This document shows positions 8,552 to 16,830 of a stretch of DNA of 41,532 nt, one piece after another. Under the pieces are notes generated by a model. The model was not told the origin of the DNA and did no database searches. It worked only from the letters and a program-made list of their open reading frames with translations. A program made the position numbers and the translations under genes. Source of the DNA: a virus (Duplodnaviria > Caudoviricetes); IMG/VR virus record IMGVR_UViG_3300024275_000015, positions 1-41,532 of that record. One strand, given 5' to 3'. Within the stretch, counting starts at the first letter, position 1. Every line of letters begins with the position of its first letter.

Positions 8552-8857
8552 CTACTCGCGCGGTTGCAACCACATACGGCGCCACGCCTTCGGCACTTCG
8601 CTCGCCCGGGTCGTCGGCACGTGCCGCACCTGATTCTGCGGGTCGAGATAGGCGACGACCTCGCACGCCTGCCGCGGGTCGTGAAACGCCCACGGCTCAA
8701 GGCCGAGGTCGTACGGGGTCGTTGCGGGCTTCGGCGCCTGCTCGGCGCGCTGCTCGTCGACGATGCGGGCGGTCACCTCGATTACCGCCCGGGCGAGCTC
8801 TGCGATGGTGTCGGGCGCGAAGGCGATCTCGATGCGCTGCGGTTGTGTCTCTCCCAT
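8552..8857 (-). CDS. Hypothetical protein (101 aa)
   Basis: MGETQPQRIEIAF...; TACCGT -10-like hexamer 7 nt upstream. Confidence 0.7.
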   Translation of the reverse strand: MGETQPQRIEIAFAPDTIAELARAVIEVTARIVDEQRAEQAPKPATTPYDLGLEPWAFHDPRQACEVVAYLDPQNQVRHVPTTRASEVPKAWRRMWLQPRE

Positions 8858-8870
8858 GCCGGACACGGTA

Positions 8871-8901
8871 CAGCCCCCGGGCGGCCGGTACCCGGGGGCT
8901 G
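8871..8901 (-). terminator. GC hairpin (11-bp stem)
   Basis: CAGCCCCCGGG/CCCGGGGGCTG between the genes at 8971 and 8857. Confidence 0.55.
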
Positions 8902-8970
8902 CTCTCGTGTCCGAACCCGCGGCAAGCCTACCGCGGAGCGACCTCGAGGATTTGTTAGGAAGGCTAACTA

Positions 8971-9342
8971 TTAGCAGGGCCGCGCGAAGCCACGACACCC
9001 GATGACCGTGCCCCGGGCGTTGCGCACCTGCCGATACGGCACGAGCAGGTCGGGGCGGGCCGGCACGGCGAGGGCGACCGGAAGGCTCACGACGTACCAC
9101 GCTTTCGGCTTGACGTCGGGCAGGCCGATCACGTGCCCGTACTCGACGCGCAGCACCTCGACCGCCTCGGCGCCCACCCGCGGCGCGAGGTCGAAGCCGT
9201 CGAGCAGGCGCTCGTCGATCCGGGCGACCATGCCGCTCGGCGGAATGCTGAGTACGACCGCCACCTCGGCGCCCTCGGGAATCGTGCCCGGGGCGTCGGG
9301 CCCGTAGACGTCGACGACGTGCGGCGTGCAATTGATGATCAT
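8971..9342 (-). CDS. Conserved small N-x-T-P-H family protein; candidate Crn4-like cOA ring nuclease
   Basis: INCTPH...PPSG-x-VAR...GLP...YVVS...RPDLLVP...VR...G-x-VIGC motif pattern; GGGAGAG SD. The ORF is solid; the function is inferred. Confidence 0.6.
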   Translation of the reverse strand: MIINCTPHVVDVYGPDAPGTIPEGAEVAVVLSIPPSGMVARIDERLLDGFDLAPRVGAEAVEVLRVEYGHVIGLPDVKPKAWYVVSLPVALAVPARPDLLVPYRQVRNARGTVIGCRGFARPC

Positions 9343-9364
9343 GGTTAGGCGTCTCTCCCTTGTC

Positions 9365-9580
9365 GTGTGCCTATGAGTACAACTTGAGTCGTGTACTCAT
9401 CACTTTCTCGAAAATGTTGTCGAGTTACCATGCGATTACTCTCCGGATTTACCGCCTGAGCTGCTCAAATACTAGACAAGGCGGTAAATTTTTGACTTGC
9501 GTAACGCGCGAGAGAGACGGGGCGGATGAGTACGATACTCATGTACTCATCCCCTCACGGCGTACTCATGTACTCACCGC
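9365..9580. other. Putative replication origin (AT-rich, GTACTCAT octamer repeats)
   Basis: Lower GC; ATGAGTAC/GTACTCAT-type copies at 9373, 9393, 9526, 9535, 9543, 9562 and 9570, directly downstream of the primase-helicase gene. Confidence 0.7.
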
Positions 9581-12067
9581 GCCGGCGGCCGGCGTGACGA
9601 CCGGTCGCGACCCGCTCGGCGCGATCCGGGCGTCGCCTGCGAGCTCGACCCACCCCTGCGCGACCGCGTACTCGATGCCCTCGTCGACGAGCTCGCGGTC
9701 GCGGGCGGCGAGCCGGCGCCGGACATGCCCGCGGCTCATCGCGCCGTGCTCGTGCACGATCTCGGCCACCCGCACGCCGATCCGCCGCGCGGCCGTGTCG
9801 CCGAGGGCCGCGGCGACCGAGTCGCGGGCGTGCGCTCGATGCGTCTCGGCTTCAAATTCGGCCGCGAGCGCCGCGGCCCGGGCTTTTCCCGCCGCGGTGC
9901 GGGCGAGCGCCTGTAGGTAGCCCCGCACGCGGTCGCTCGTGTCGATCACCACCTGCGCGAGCTGCCAGTCGTCGGCCGTCACGTTGCGGCGCGATTCGAG
10001 CAGCGCGAGCAGGGCCGAAACCTTGACTTTGAGCACGGTATGTTGTGATTTGAACGGGTCGAGCTGCCCGTGCTCGTCGAGCAGCCAATGCCCCGCCGGA
10101 AGCGACCCGGTCGCCTTCGCGTGCTCGGTGTCGTACAGCTCGTCGAGGATGCCCTCGGCGAAGGTGATCGGCGAGAGGTCGGGCAGGGGCGGCGCCGGAA
10201 AGACCGCCCCGGGTGGCGGCAGGGTAGTCGGCACCTCGGGCGGGAACGGGCTCGTGATCTCGCCCGGCCACGGCACACGGGCCGACCGCGGCGGGATCAT
10301 CGGGTCGACGGCCCATACGTACAAAAAGCGCTGCGGCGTGCCCGCCTCGACGTCGGCGAGCAGGGGCAGCACGGTCGCAGGCTGGTAGCCGATCATGAGC
10401 CCCGCCGAGTAGCTGCGGGCCGGCACGGTCCGGGTCGTTTCGACGCGCCCGTTTTTCTGCCCGAGCGTCTCGCCCGACCACGCGGTGCGCAGCGTCTCGC
10501 CAACCGTGCTGCCCGTGCGCTCGATGAGCTTGTTGAGCCCCCCGCCCTCGTCGGAGTGAAACAGGGCATTGTGGTGCACCTGCTTGCGCACGCGCTTCGT
10601 CTTCGCCGAGCCGTCCCGGGCCATGTCGCCCGTAGGCTCTTCGACCTCCCCCATGTACGCCTCGGCGATGCCCTCGCCCGAGCCGAGCGGGAATTCTTCG
10701 AGCGGCCGGCCCGCCTTGACGAGCTCGCGGCTCACCGATAGCCCCGAGCTCTTGCCGCCCCCGCTCGGGCCGACGACCGCGGCGAACAGGTTGAGACTCG
10801 CCGCCTGCCCGATGCCCGTGTCGGCGCGCAGCGTGTGCGGCACCATGGCGGCGAGACGGCAGAGCAGCCCCGCGAAGACGACGTCGGCCGAGCGCACCCG
10901 CGAGTGTGCCGCCTGCCGCACGCGGCCGAGCGACTCGCGAGCGGCCCAGAAAGTGTCAGGTAGTGTCAGCGCGCCCGGGGCGACGATCTCGGGGGGCGAG
11001 ATGGGGGAACCCGCCCCGGGCGACGTAAAACCCGGGGGCGCCGCGAGTGCCGTCGCCGCAGGGATGTCGTGCTCACACATCGCTCGGGGCTTCGGGTTGC
11101 CCTTCGCTGCCAGCTTGACCGCGCCGGACACGAGCCGATCCCACTCGCCGCCGCGGGCCCGCTCGGTGCCGACCGCCTGCTCGAAGGCGATGCCGAGCGT
11201 GTGCACCGCTTCCGGCGCGCCGCGGTGACCCTCGCCGCCCGCCCTGACGATCGCCGAGAGCGAGTCGCGGGCGACCTCGTGCCGCGCGCCGGCGGCGTTC
11301 GCGAGCTCGTGCACAGCCTTTGTGCACACGCTGTGGATAACCGGGCAGAGCGGGCCGGCGCGCAGCTCAGCCCACCATGCCGACATGCCCGCGAGCCCGA
11401 GGTCGGCTTTCTCGGCGACCTCGTACGGAAGCGCGAGCCCGCGTACCCACGCCTCGGGCAGGGCGGGCAGCGCGTCGGCCCGCGGCACGACGCCCGGGGG
11501 CCCGCTCTCCGCCCAACTACCCTCGGCCCGCCACTCGTACGGCGCGCCGCCCGCGTCCGGGTTGGTCGACGGCCAGACGACCGCGTACCGGTGCCCGGGC
11601 TGAATAATCTCGATGAACTTGCCCGCCTCGCCAGGCCAGTTGATCTCGCGGCCGTCGAGGTGGGTCGGCACCCGGAAGAATCGAATGCCGCTCGGCGCCG
11701 GCCGCGCGCTCGATACCCACGTCGGCGGCAGGGGCCCGAGGCGGGCTTCGAGCTCGGCGAGCGTCTCGTCGCCCCGCTTGACGACCTCGCGGCCGTGCTC
11801 GATCTTCGAGTACCCCGCGTCGATGTCGAGCCCGATGACGCCGGCCGGCATGCGCAAACCGATGTTGTAGCCCGCTTCCGGTCCGATCTCCCAAGTGCCG
11901 ATGTCGGCGTCGGACGGGTACGGCGAACCGTGGCCGGTATACCCCCCCGGGGGGGGTGATTTTTGCCCCGGGCCGCGGCCTGCGGGCAGCGCGCCGGGCC
12001 ACCCTGCGGCCCGGTAGATTCGCGCAGCTCGCCCGAAAGGACCGAGCCCTGTATCGTCGTTGCTCAA
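9566..12067 (-). CDS. Bifunctional DNA primase/polymerase (Prim-Pol) fused to a P-loop helicase-like domain
   Basis: NIGLRMPAGVIGLDID and HRYAVVWPS AEP motifs; VVGPSGGGKSS Walker A, GSGEG, DE Walker B; likely TTG start after GGGAGAG. Confidence 0.9.
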   Translation of the reverse strand: MSNDDTGLGPFGRAARIYRAAGWPGALPAGRGPGQKSPPPGGYTGHGSPYPSDADIGTWEIGPEAGYNIGLRMPAGVIGLDIDAGYSKIEHGREVVKRGDETLAELEARLGPLPPTWVSSARPAPSGIRFFRVPTHLDGREINWPGEAGKFIEIIQPGHRYAVVWPSTNPDAGGAPYEWRAEGSWAESGPPGVVPRADALPALPEAWVRGLALPYEVAEKADLGLAGMSAWWAELRAGPLCPVIHSVCTKAVHELANAAGARHEVARDSLSAIVRAGGEGHRGAPEAVHTLGIAFEQAVGTERARGGEWDRLVSGAVKLAAKGNPKPRAMCEHDIPAATALAAPPGFTSPGAGSPISPPEIVAPGALTLPDTFWAARESLGRVRQAAHSRVRSADVVFAGLLCRLAAMVPHTLRADTGIGQAASLNLFAAVVGPSGGGKSSGLSVSRELVKAGRPLEEFPLGSGEGIAEAYMGEVEEPTGDMARDGSAKTKRVRKQVHHNALFHSDEGGGLNKLIERTGSTVGETLRTAWSGETLGQKNGRVETTRTVPARSYSAGLMIGYQPATVLPLLADVEAGTPQRFLYVWAVDPMIPPRSARVPWPGEITSPFPPEVPTTLPPPGAVFPAPPLPDLSPITFAEGILDELYDTEHAKATGSLPAGHWLLDEHGQLDPFKSQHTVLKVKVSALLALLESRRNVTADDWQLAQVVIDTSDRVRGYLQALARTAAGKARAAALAAEFEAETHRAHARDSVAAALGDTAARRIGVRVAEIVHEHGAMSRGHVRRRLAARDRELVDEGIEYAVAQGWVELAGDARIAPSGSRPVVTPAAGAVST

Positions 12068-12111
12068 GTTCGTCTCTCCCAAGTGATGAACACGTCTCGG
12101 CCTGAGACACG

Positions 12112-12152
12112 AACGGCGCGCTGCCACCCGAAAGGGCAGGCAGGGCGCCGTT
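12112..12152. terminator. Long imperfect hairpin between regulator and primase genes
   Basis: AACGGCGC-g-CTGCC-a-CCC-GAAA-GGG-ca-GGCAG-g-GCGCCGTT. Confidence 0.65.
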
Positions 12153-12174
12153 TGTCGTTGTCGGGTACTCGACC

Positions 12175-12474
12175 CTACGCCCTCGATGCCGTCGCAGCTT
12201 CGGCCCTTCGGGCTAGCTCGGCGCGGCCCTTGCGCACCGCGACCTCGTACGCCCGCGGGTCGCGCTTGAATGCGCGCGTGATCGCGTCGTCGAGCAGGTC
12301 GCGCACGACCTCGCCCTCGCGCGGTCGGGAGTAGTCGCCCTGCTCGGCGTTCTCGATCGCCACGCCGAGCAGGTACTCGCGGGTCTGGACGTCGACGAGG
12401 GCGTGCACCTGCTGTGAAAACCGTCGGGCGGCGCTCGTCTGCGGCGCGGCGACGGGGGTCGCGAGATCAGTCAT
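12175..12474 (-). CDS. Putative ribbon-helix-helix DNA-binding regulator
   Basis: FSQQVHALVD (beta strand), VQTREYLLGVA (helix), EGEVVRDLLDDAI (helix); sits at the divergent switch region with four operator heptamers upstream. Confidence 0.6.
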   Translation of the reverse strand: MTDLATPVAAPQTSAARRFSQQVHALVDVQTREYLLGVAIENAEQGDYSRPREGEVVRDLLDDAITRAFKRDPRAYEVAVRKGRAELARRAEAATASRA

Positions 12475-12583
12475 GCGCCGAAGCTAGCAGAAAAGCTGCT
12501 AGCTCGTCGAGGTTGACAAACCTGCTAGGTTTTCTGCTAGGTTGACATCTCGCACCGCTTCGACCACACGAAAGGCAAGGCCG
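12475..12583. promoter_or_regulatory. Divergent promoter region with four CTGCTAG heptamers
   Basis: Heptamers at 12484, 12496, 12522 and 12534; TTGACA at 12513; extended -10 in both directions. Confidence 0.85.
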
Positions 12584-12748
12584 ATGGGCAAGACCGCCTC
12601 GAAGATCGTCGCTCAGATCACCCTCGCGAACCCGATCGCCCTCGTCGTGCCGGCCGCCCTCGCGGCGATCGGCGCCGGCGCGTACCTCGTCGCCGCCTCG
12701 CACATGCCGCAGGCGATCGTCGGCGCGGTGCTCGGGTTGTTCTCGTGA
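12584..12748 (+). CDS. Small hydrophobic/membrane protein (54 aa)
   Basis: CGAAAGG SD, MGKTASK..., two hydrophobic segments. Confidence 0.7.
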   Translation: MGKTASKIVAQITLANPIALVVPAALAAIGAGAYLVAASHMPQAIVGAVLGLFS

Positions 12749-13140
12749 GTCTCCGCAGGTACGAGCCGGCCGAGCTGCCGACCGACCCGCGCGAGGCGAA
12801 GCTTCCCGCGTGGGCCCGCGAGCTGCTCGACCGCACGCGCCACATCGCGAAGACCGCGAGCGACATCGCGACCGAAGCGATCAACGAGACCGACGTCGCG
12901 ACCGCCCGCGTCGTGCTCGACCCGCTCGGGCTCGGTGCCGGCGTGCCGAACTCGATTCGCGAGATCGGGTTCCGGGTGCCCGTGCCCGGTCACCCGAAGT
13001 GGAAAGACACGTTCATTACGGTCCGGTCGATGCTCGACGCCGACGGCAACCCGAACGGCATCGACGTCCGGGGCGATAGCGCGCTCATCATCCGGCCATG
13101 GGTGACGAACTCGGTCAAGATCGAGCAGGCGCAGCGATGA
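12745..13140 (+). CDS. Hypothetical phage protein (DPREAKLPAWARELL N-terminal motif)
   Basis: GTGA coupling; 131 aa. Confidence 0.8.
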   Translation: MSLRRYEPAELPTDPREAKLPAWARELLDRTRHIAKTASDIATEAINETDVATARVVLDPLGLGAGVPNSIREIGFRVPVPGHPKWKDTFITVRSMLDADGNPNGIDVRGDSALIIRPWVTNSVKIEQAQR

Positions 13141-13394
13141 CCGTGCATTCGCTCGTGCAGCAGACCGTGCGCCTGCCCGTGCGCGGCTCTACCGCGCTCG
13201 TCATCGTGCCGCCGAAGCCCTGCGGGCTCGTCGCGTGCGTCGGCGAGATCGAGGTGACCGTGCGCGGCACGGCCGCGCCGATCCGCGTGCACCTCGACGG
13301 CGCGCAGCGCGACCTACTCGTGCGGGCCCTCGGCGGCGTGCCGGCGTACGACGCCGACCTCGCCGACCGCCTTGAGCACAACGGGGGGAGGTAG
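13137..13394 (+). CDS. Hypothetical protein (85 aa)
   Basis: ATGA coupling, MTVHSLVQQ... Confidence 0.7.
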   Translation: MTVHSLVQQTVRLPVRGSTALVIVPPKPCGLVACVGEIEVTVRGTAAPIRVHLDGAQRDLLVRALGGVPAYDADLADRLEHNGGR

Positions 13395-13398
13395 AGCA

Positions 13399-13512
13399 AT
13401 GGTCCGGATTTACGTTGCCGTCGGCCTGCTCGCGCTGCGCTTGCGCGTCGAGCGGCGGCGCTCGCGCCGCGGGTACGTCGGTCTTCACTGGGCGCCGGGG
13501 GTGCTCGCGTGA
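13399..13512 (+). CDS. Small basic peptide (37 aa, MVRIYVAVGLLALRLRV...)
   Basis: Not in track; GGAGG SD, fills the gap, GTGA overlap with the next gene. Confidence 0.5.
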   Translation: MVRIYVAVGLLALRLRVERRRSRRGYVGLHWAPGVLA

Positions 13513-14339
13513 CGGTTCACCTCGTCTGCCCGTTCCCGCCGTGCACCGCGGAATGGTGGGTCGGCCGCATGCCCGGGCAGACTCGCTTTCCGGTCCCGTT
13601 TCACATGCCGCAGGGCTTCGAGGGCGCCGAGCGGTACGAGCTGCGTTGCCCGGGCGCCGTGCAGACGCTCAAGGGCGAGGGCGACGAGCCGCGCGAGCTC
13701 GACTCGCCCGCCGTCGAGCAGATGAACAGGGCGTACGAGGCGCACCTCATCCGACTCGCGACGGAGCGCGAGCAGGCCGAGCGCACGGCCGAGGCGGCGA
13801 AGGGGAAGGCGGGCCCGCACCTCGGCTTTCCGGTCGGCCGCCCGGTCGATCACGAGCGCAGTACCGATATGTACTTTCCGGGCCGGCCGGCCGATGCGCC
13901 GGAACCGGGCCCGGGCGAGGCGCACCCGCAGGTCGAAATCGGCACGGGTCATCACTTGGGGAGAGCAGCAATGGACAACGCACACGACACGACCCGCGGG
14001 CTCGTGCAGCTCGCCATTCCGCGGATCGAAGAGGCGGTCGGCAAGCTGAGCGGGTGCGTGAACGCGCTCAACGGCGCAACGGGCATCGCGACCATGGCCG
14101 AGATCGAGGCGACCGCGGCGAACGCGCTCATCATCGCCGCGGTGGGCACGGGCGCCGGTAAGCCCGAGTCGGCCGAGCGGATGGCCGAACAGATCGCGAT
14201 GGGCGTCGATACGATCATGGGGCCCAATGACAACATCTTCAACGCGATCGAGCTCGCCAAAATCCGCGTGACTGTGGCGATACAGCAGCTCACCGCGGCG
14301 GCCGAAAAGGCGCGGCAGTACGTCGCCCTCTTGAGCTAG
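13509..14339 (+). CDS. Hypothetical two-part protein (Cys-containing N-part, helical C-part with internal start at 13971)
   Basis: 276-aa ORF; internal GGGAGAG SD followed by ATG. Confidence 0.7.
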   Translation: MTVHLVCPFPPCTAEWWVGRMPGQTRFPVPFHMPQGFEGAERYELRCPGAVQTLKGEGDEPRELDSPAVEQMNRAYEAHLIRLATEREQAERTAEAAKGKAGPHLGFPVGRPVDHERSTDMYFPGRPADAPEPGPGEAHPQVEIGTGHHLGRAAMDNAHDTTRGLVQLAIPRIEEAVGKLSGCVNALNGATGIATMAEIEATAANALIIAAVGTGAGKPESAERMAEQIAMGVDTIMGPNDNIFNAIELAKIRVTVAIQQLTAAAEKARQYVALLS

Positions 14340-14602
14340 TGCCGACGTACGAAGAGGTGCACGCGGGCGATCACGTGCTCGGTCACGATGGCGACCTTTG
14401 GGGCGTCGAGGCGATCGAGCACGTGCCGCGGCTCGCTGTGACGCTCGTCAAGCCCGGACACAAGGTGACCGGTTACCCGCCTGCGGGCACCCCGGTCACT
14501 ATCGTTCACCGTTCGGACATAGCGGCCGAGCTCGCCGCCGCGCAGGTGCTGATCGACGGCGGGTTCAACATCGAGATCGTTGCGGAGCGGTATCAACCAT
14601 GA
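14339..14602 (+). CDS. Hypothetical protein (87 aa, small beta-barrel-like)
   Basis: Coupled start; VHAGDHVLG...W-x-V pattern. Confidence 0.7.
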   Translation: MPTYEEVHAGDHVLGHDGDLWGVEAIEHVPRLAVTLVKPGHKVTGYPPAGTPVTIVHRSDIAAELAAAQVLIDGGFNIEIVAERYQP

Positions 14603-14644
14603 TCCAACTAGGCGACCCGGGGCGCGCCTTGAAAGGGGATTTCC

Positions 14645-14740
14645 ATGAGGGATTGGCTTGCCGACAAGGCGATTTTGATCGGTGCCCTCTTGCTCGTCGC
14701 GAACGGGCTCGCGATCACGTTCGTTCCGGTGTTCGTATGA
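14645..14740 (+). CDS. Single-TM micro-protein (31 aa)
   Basis: MRDWLADKAILIGALLLVANGLAITFVPVFV; GAAAGGGG SD; ATGA overlap with the next gene. Confidence 0.55.
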   Translation: MRDWLADKAILIGALLLVANGLAITFVPVFV

Positions 14741-15195
14741 GCGACGACGGCACGCAGTACGGGCACGCCGGCCGGCACCATGGCGTCGGCACCCCGGACT
14801 GTCCGCGCGAGCTCCATCATCATCACGACGAGCGGTGCGAGCGGCCGTCGGGCAACCGCGAGCAGCTCGACACGCGCATCGTGCGGGCATGGAACGCCGG
14901 CCGGCTCGACGAGCACCGCGCGCTCACCGAGCAGGCGGCGCTACTCGACCGCAGGCAGCGCGCCCGCGAGGCATTCGACGACCGATGGTCGGGCGGAGAC
15001 TTCGGCCCGGGCTCGGGTTGGGCCGAGCGCCTGCTCGACGCGCGCGAGACGGCGATCGAGACGGCGACCCGCGTGCGGGTTACGCCCGAGATCGTCGAGG
15101 CGCTGCGCCGCGTAACGATCGCCAGGGGGAGCGAGCAGCTCAGCAAGATCGCCGCCGCGGCCTTCGCCGCCGCGGGCTTCGAGGTAGAGGAATAA
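14737..15195 (+). CDS. Hypothetical protein with His-rich N-terminus
   Basis: MSDDGTQYGHAGRHHG...CPRELHHHHDERC; could alternatively start at 14599. Confidence 0.7.
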   Translation: MSDDGTQYGHAGRHHGVGTPDCPRELHHHHDERCERPSGNREQLDTRIVRAWNAGRLDEHRALTEQAALLDRRQRAREAFDDRWSGGDFGPGSGWAERLLDARETAIETATRVRVTPEIVEALRRVTIARGSEQLSKIAAAAFAAAGFEVEE

Positions 15196-15203
15196 GGGGA
15201 GAG

Positions 15204-16706
15204 ATGACGCAAACCGTGCACGCGGCCGGCGCCCGGACCGGGCCCATGCCCACGGGCGGCCGTTACGGGTGGTACCGCGACCACGAGGGGCACGAGTACC
15301 GACGCGTCTCGACGCTCGTCAAAGAGGTCGAGACGGACCGGTACAACCTCGATCAATGGATGCTGCGACAGGTCGCCGAGGGGCTCGCGCTGCGCGACGA
15401 CCTCGTGCTCGCCGTCAAGGCGATGGGCCGGCCCGACCCGGTCGAGGGCTGGTCGCGCGAAGACAAGGCGAAGCTCGGCGGCATCGTGAAAGACGCGATG
15501 AACGCCGCAAAGCAGGCCGACGGCGCGCGCAAGGGCACGGCGTTGCACGATCTCACCGAGCGGCTCGACCGCGGCGAGGCGATCGAGAGCGTCGTGCGCG
15601 GGCTGCCCGAGGCGACCGCCCGCACGCTGCGGGCGTACGAGTTTCTCCGCCGCGAGAACACGTGGCAGACGGTCGAGATCGAGCGGACGGTCGTCTGCGA
15701 CGAGCTCGAAGTCGCGGGCACCTTCGACCGGGTCGAAGACCTCCGCGGGTTGACCGCCCTGCTCGGGCCCGGGTCGTGCCAGTACGGCGACACCTGCCCG
15801 AACATCGGCCTGCCCGGGCACGGCGACTCGGTCATCGCCGACGTCAAGAGCGAGGCGCAGCCCTGGCTTAACGGGCTTCACATCGCGCCGCAGCTCGCTA
15901 TCTACTCGCGGGCCCGCCGGATGTGGATTCCGACCGGGGGCATGGTGACGGTCAAGATCTCGGGCGAAGATCGACAGATTGCCGACGGCCGGTACGTGCC
16001 GGCGCCGTGCGTGCGGCAAGACGTCGGCGTCGTCGTGCACGTGCTCGAAGGCGCGGCCGAGCCGTACTTCGTCAACCTCGCCGAAGGCTGGGAAGCGGCC
16101 GTCGCGGCGTACGAGCAGGCGAACCGGAAGTCGCGGGCGAAGCGCGAGCTCGGCCGCGCCGGCGCATGGTTCGTGCCGATGCCGAACGTCCGGCGGCCGG
16201 CCGGCCCGGCGCCGGCCGAGGTCGCGGCGACCGCGGCGCAGCACGCCGCCGACCGGGGCGGACAGCGTTGCCTCGTCTGCGCCGAGCCCGTGTCGCCCGG
16301 CATGGCCACCTGCCGCAAGGGGCACGCCGTCGGCTTGCCGGCCGCGCAGGTCGCGACGACGCGCGCCGATGGAATGACCGAGTGGCGTCCCGAGCCGGCC
16401 GTCGGCACGCAGGTCACGGTCGGTGGCGTCGGGTTCACGAAGGTCGACACGGTCGAGAACGTCGCGCACCGCGGGCCGCTCGACGAGGTCGACAAACAGG
16501 CGATCGAGGCAGTCTGGGCGGCGACCGACCTGCCGCACCTCGCGAAGACCTTCGAGATCTACACGACGCAGCTCGGCCGCACGTGGGGCGGTCGCGTCGC
16601 CGAGGCGGCCGACGCGCGGCGCCGACAGATCGAGTGCCCGCAGCGCGCTCTTCACTCCGGTAACGGAAAGTGTGCGTGCGGGTGGGTCGCGGGGGTGCCG
16701 GCGTAG
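15204..16706 (+). CDS. PD-(D/E)XK (RecB/Cas4-like) exonuclease with C-terminal Zn-finger-like extensions
   Basis: RVSTL, GTALHDLTE, AGTFDR, IADVKS, QLAIYS motifs; GGGGGAGAG SD before ATG 15204. Confidence 0.88.
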   Translation: MTQTVHAAGARTGPMPTGGRYGWYRDHEGHEYRRVSTLVKEVETDRYNLDQWMLRQVAEGLALRDDLVLAVKAMGRPDPVEGWSREDKAKLGGIVKDAMNAAKQADGARKGTALHDLTERLDRGEAIESVVRGLPEATARTLRAYEFLRRENTWQTVEIERTVVCDELEVAGTFDRVEDLRGLTALLGPGSCQYGDTCPNIGLPGHGDSVIADVKSEAQPWLNGLHIAPQLAIYSRARRMWIPTGGMVTVKISGEDRQIADGRYVPAPCVRQDVGVVVHVLEGAAEPYFVNLAEGWEAAVAAYEQANRKSRAKRELGRAGAWFVPMPNVRRPAGPAPAEVAATAAQHAADRGGQRCLVCAEPVSPGMATCRKGHAVGLPAAQVATTRADGMTEWRPEPAVGTQVTVGGVGFTKVDTVENVAHRGPLDEVDKQAIEAVWAATDLPHLAKTFEIYTTQLGRTWGGRVAEAADARRRQIECPQRALHSGNGKCACGWVAGVPA

Positions 16707-16710
16707 CCGA

Positions 16711-16733
16711 ACCTGCTAGGTACCTGCTAGATT
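16711..16733 (+). promoter_or_regulatory. Promoter/operator CTGCTAG-GTAC-CTGCTAG with extended -10 TGcTAGATT
   Basis: Heptamers at 16713 and 16724. Confidence 0.75.
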
Positions 16734-16830
16734 CAAGACCCGCTCGGGGGCTCGACGCAAACCGCCAGCTCGGGCCCCCGGGCGTACAAAGTCCCACAAA
16801 CCCGTATCAACCTCTCCGAATCGAGGGACC

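Noticed and set aside
8951-8980. Possible tenth operator locus (TTAGGAAG...TTAGCAG)
   Set aside because: Only degenerate matches and the spacing does not fit; not counted.
9360-9920. 186-aa plus-strand ORF across the AT-rich region
   Set aside because: Overlaps the repeats and is antisense to the primase; no RBS or motifs.
15204-16706. Cas4 as part of a CRISPR system
   Set aside because: Stand-alone phage PD-(D/E)XK exonuclease in a recombination module; no cas1/cas2 or array.
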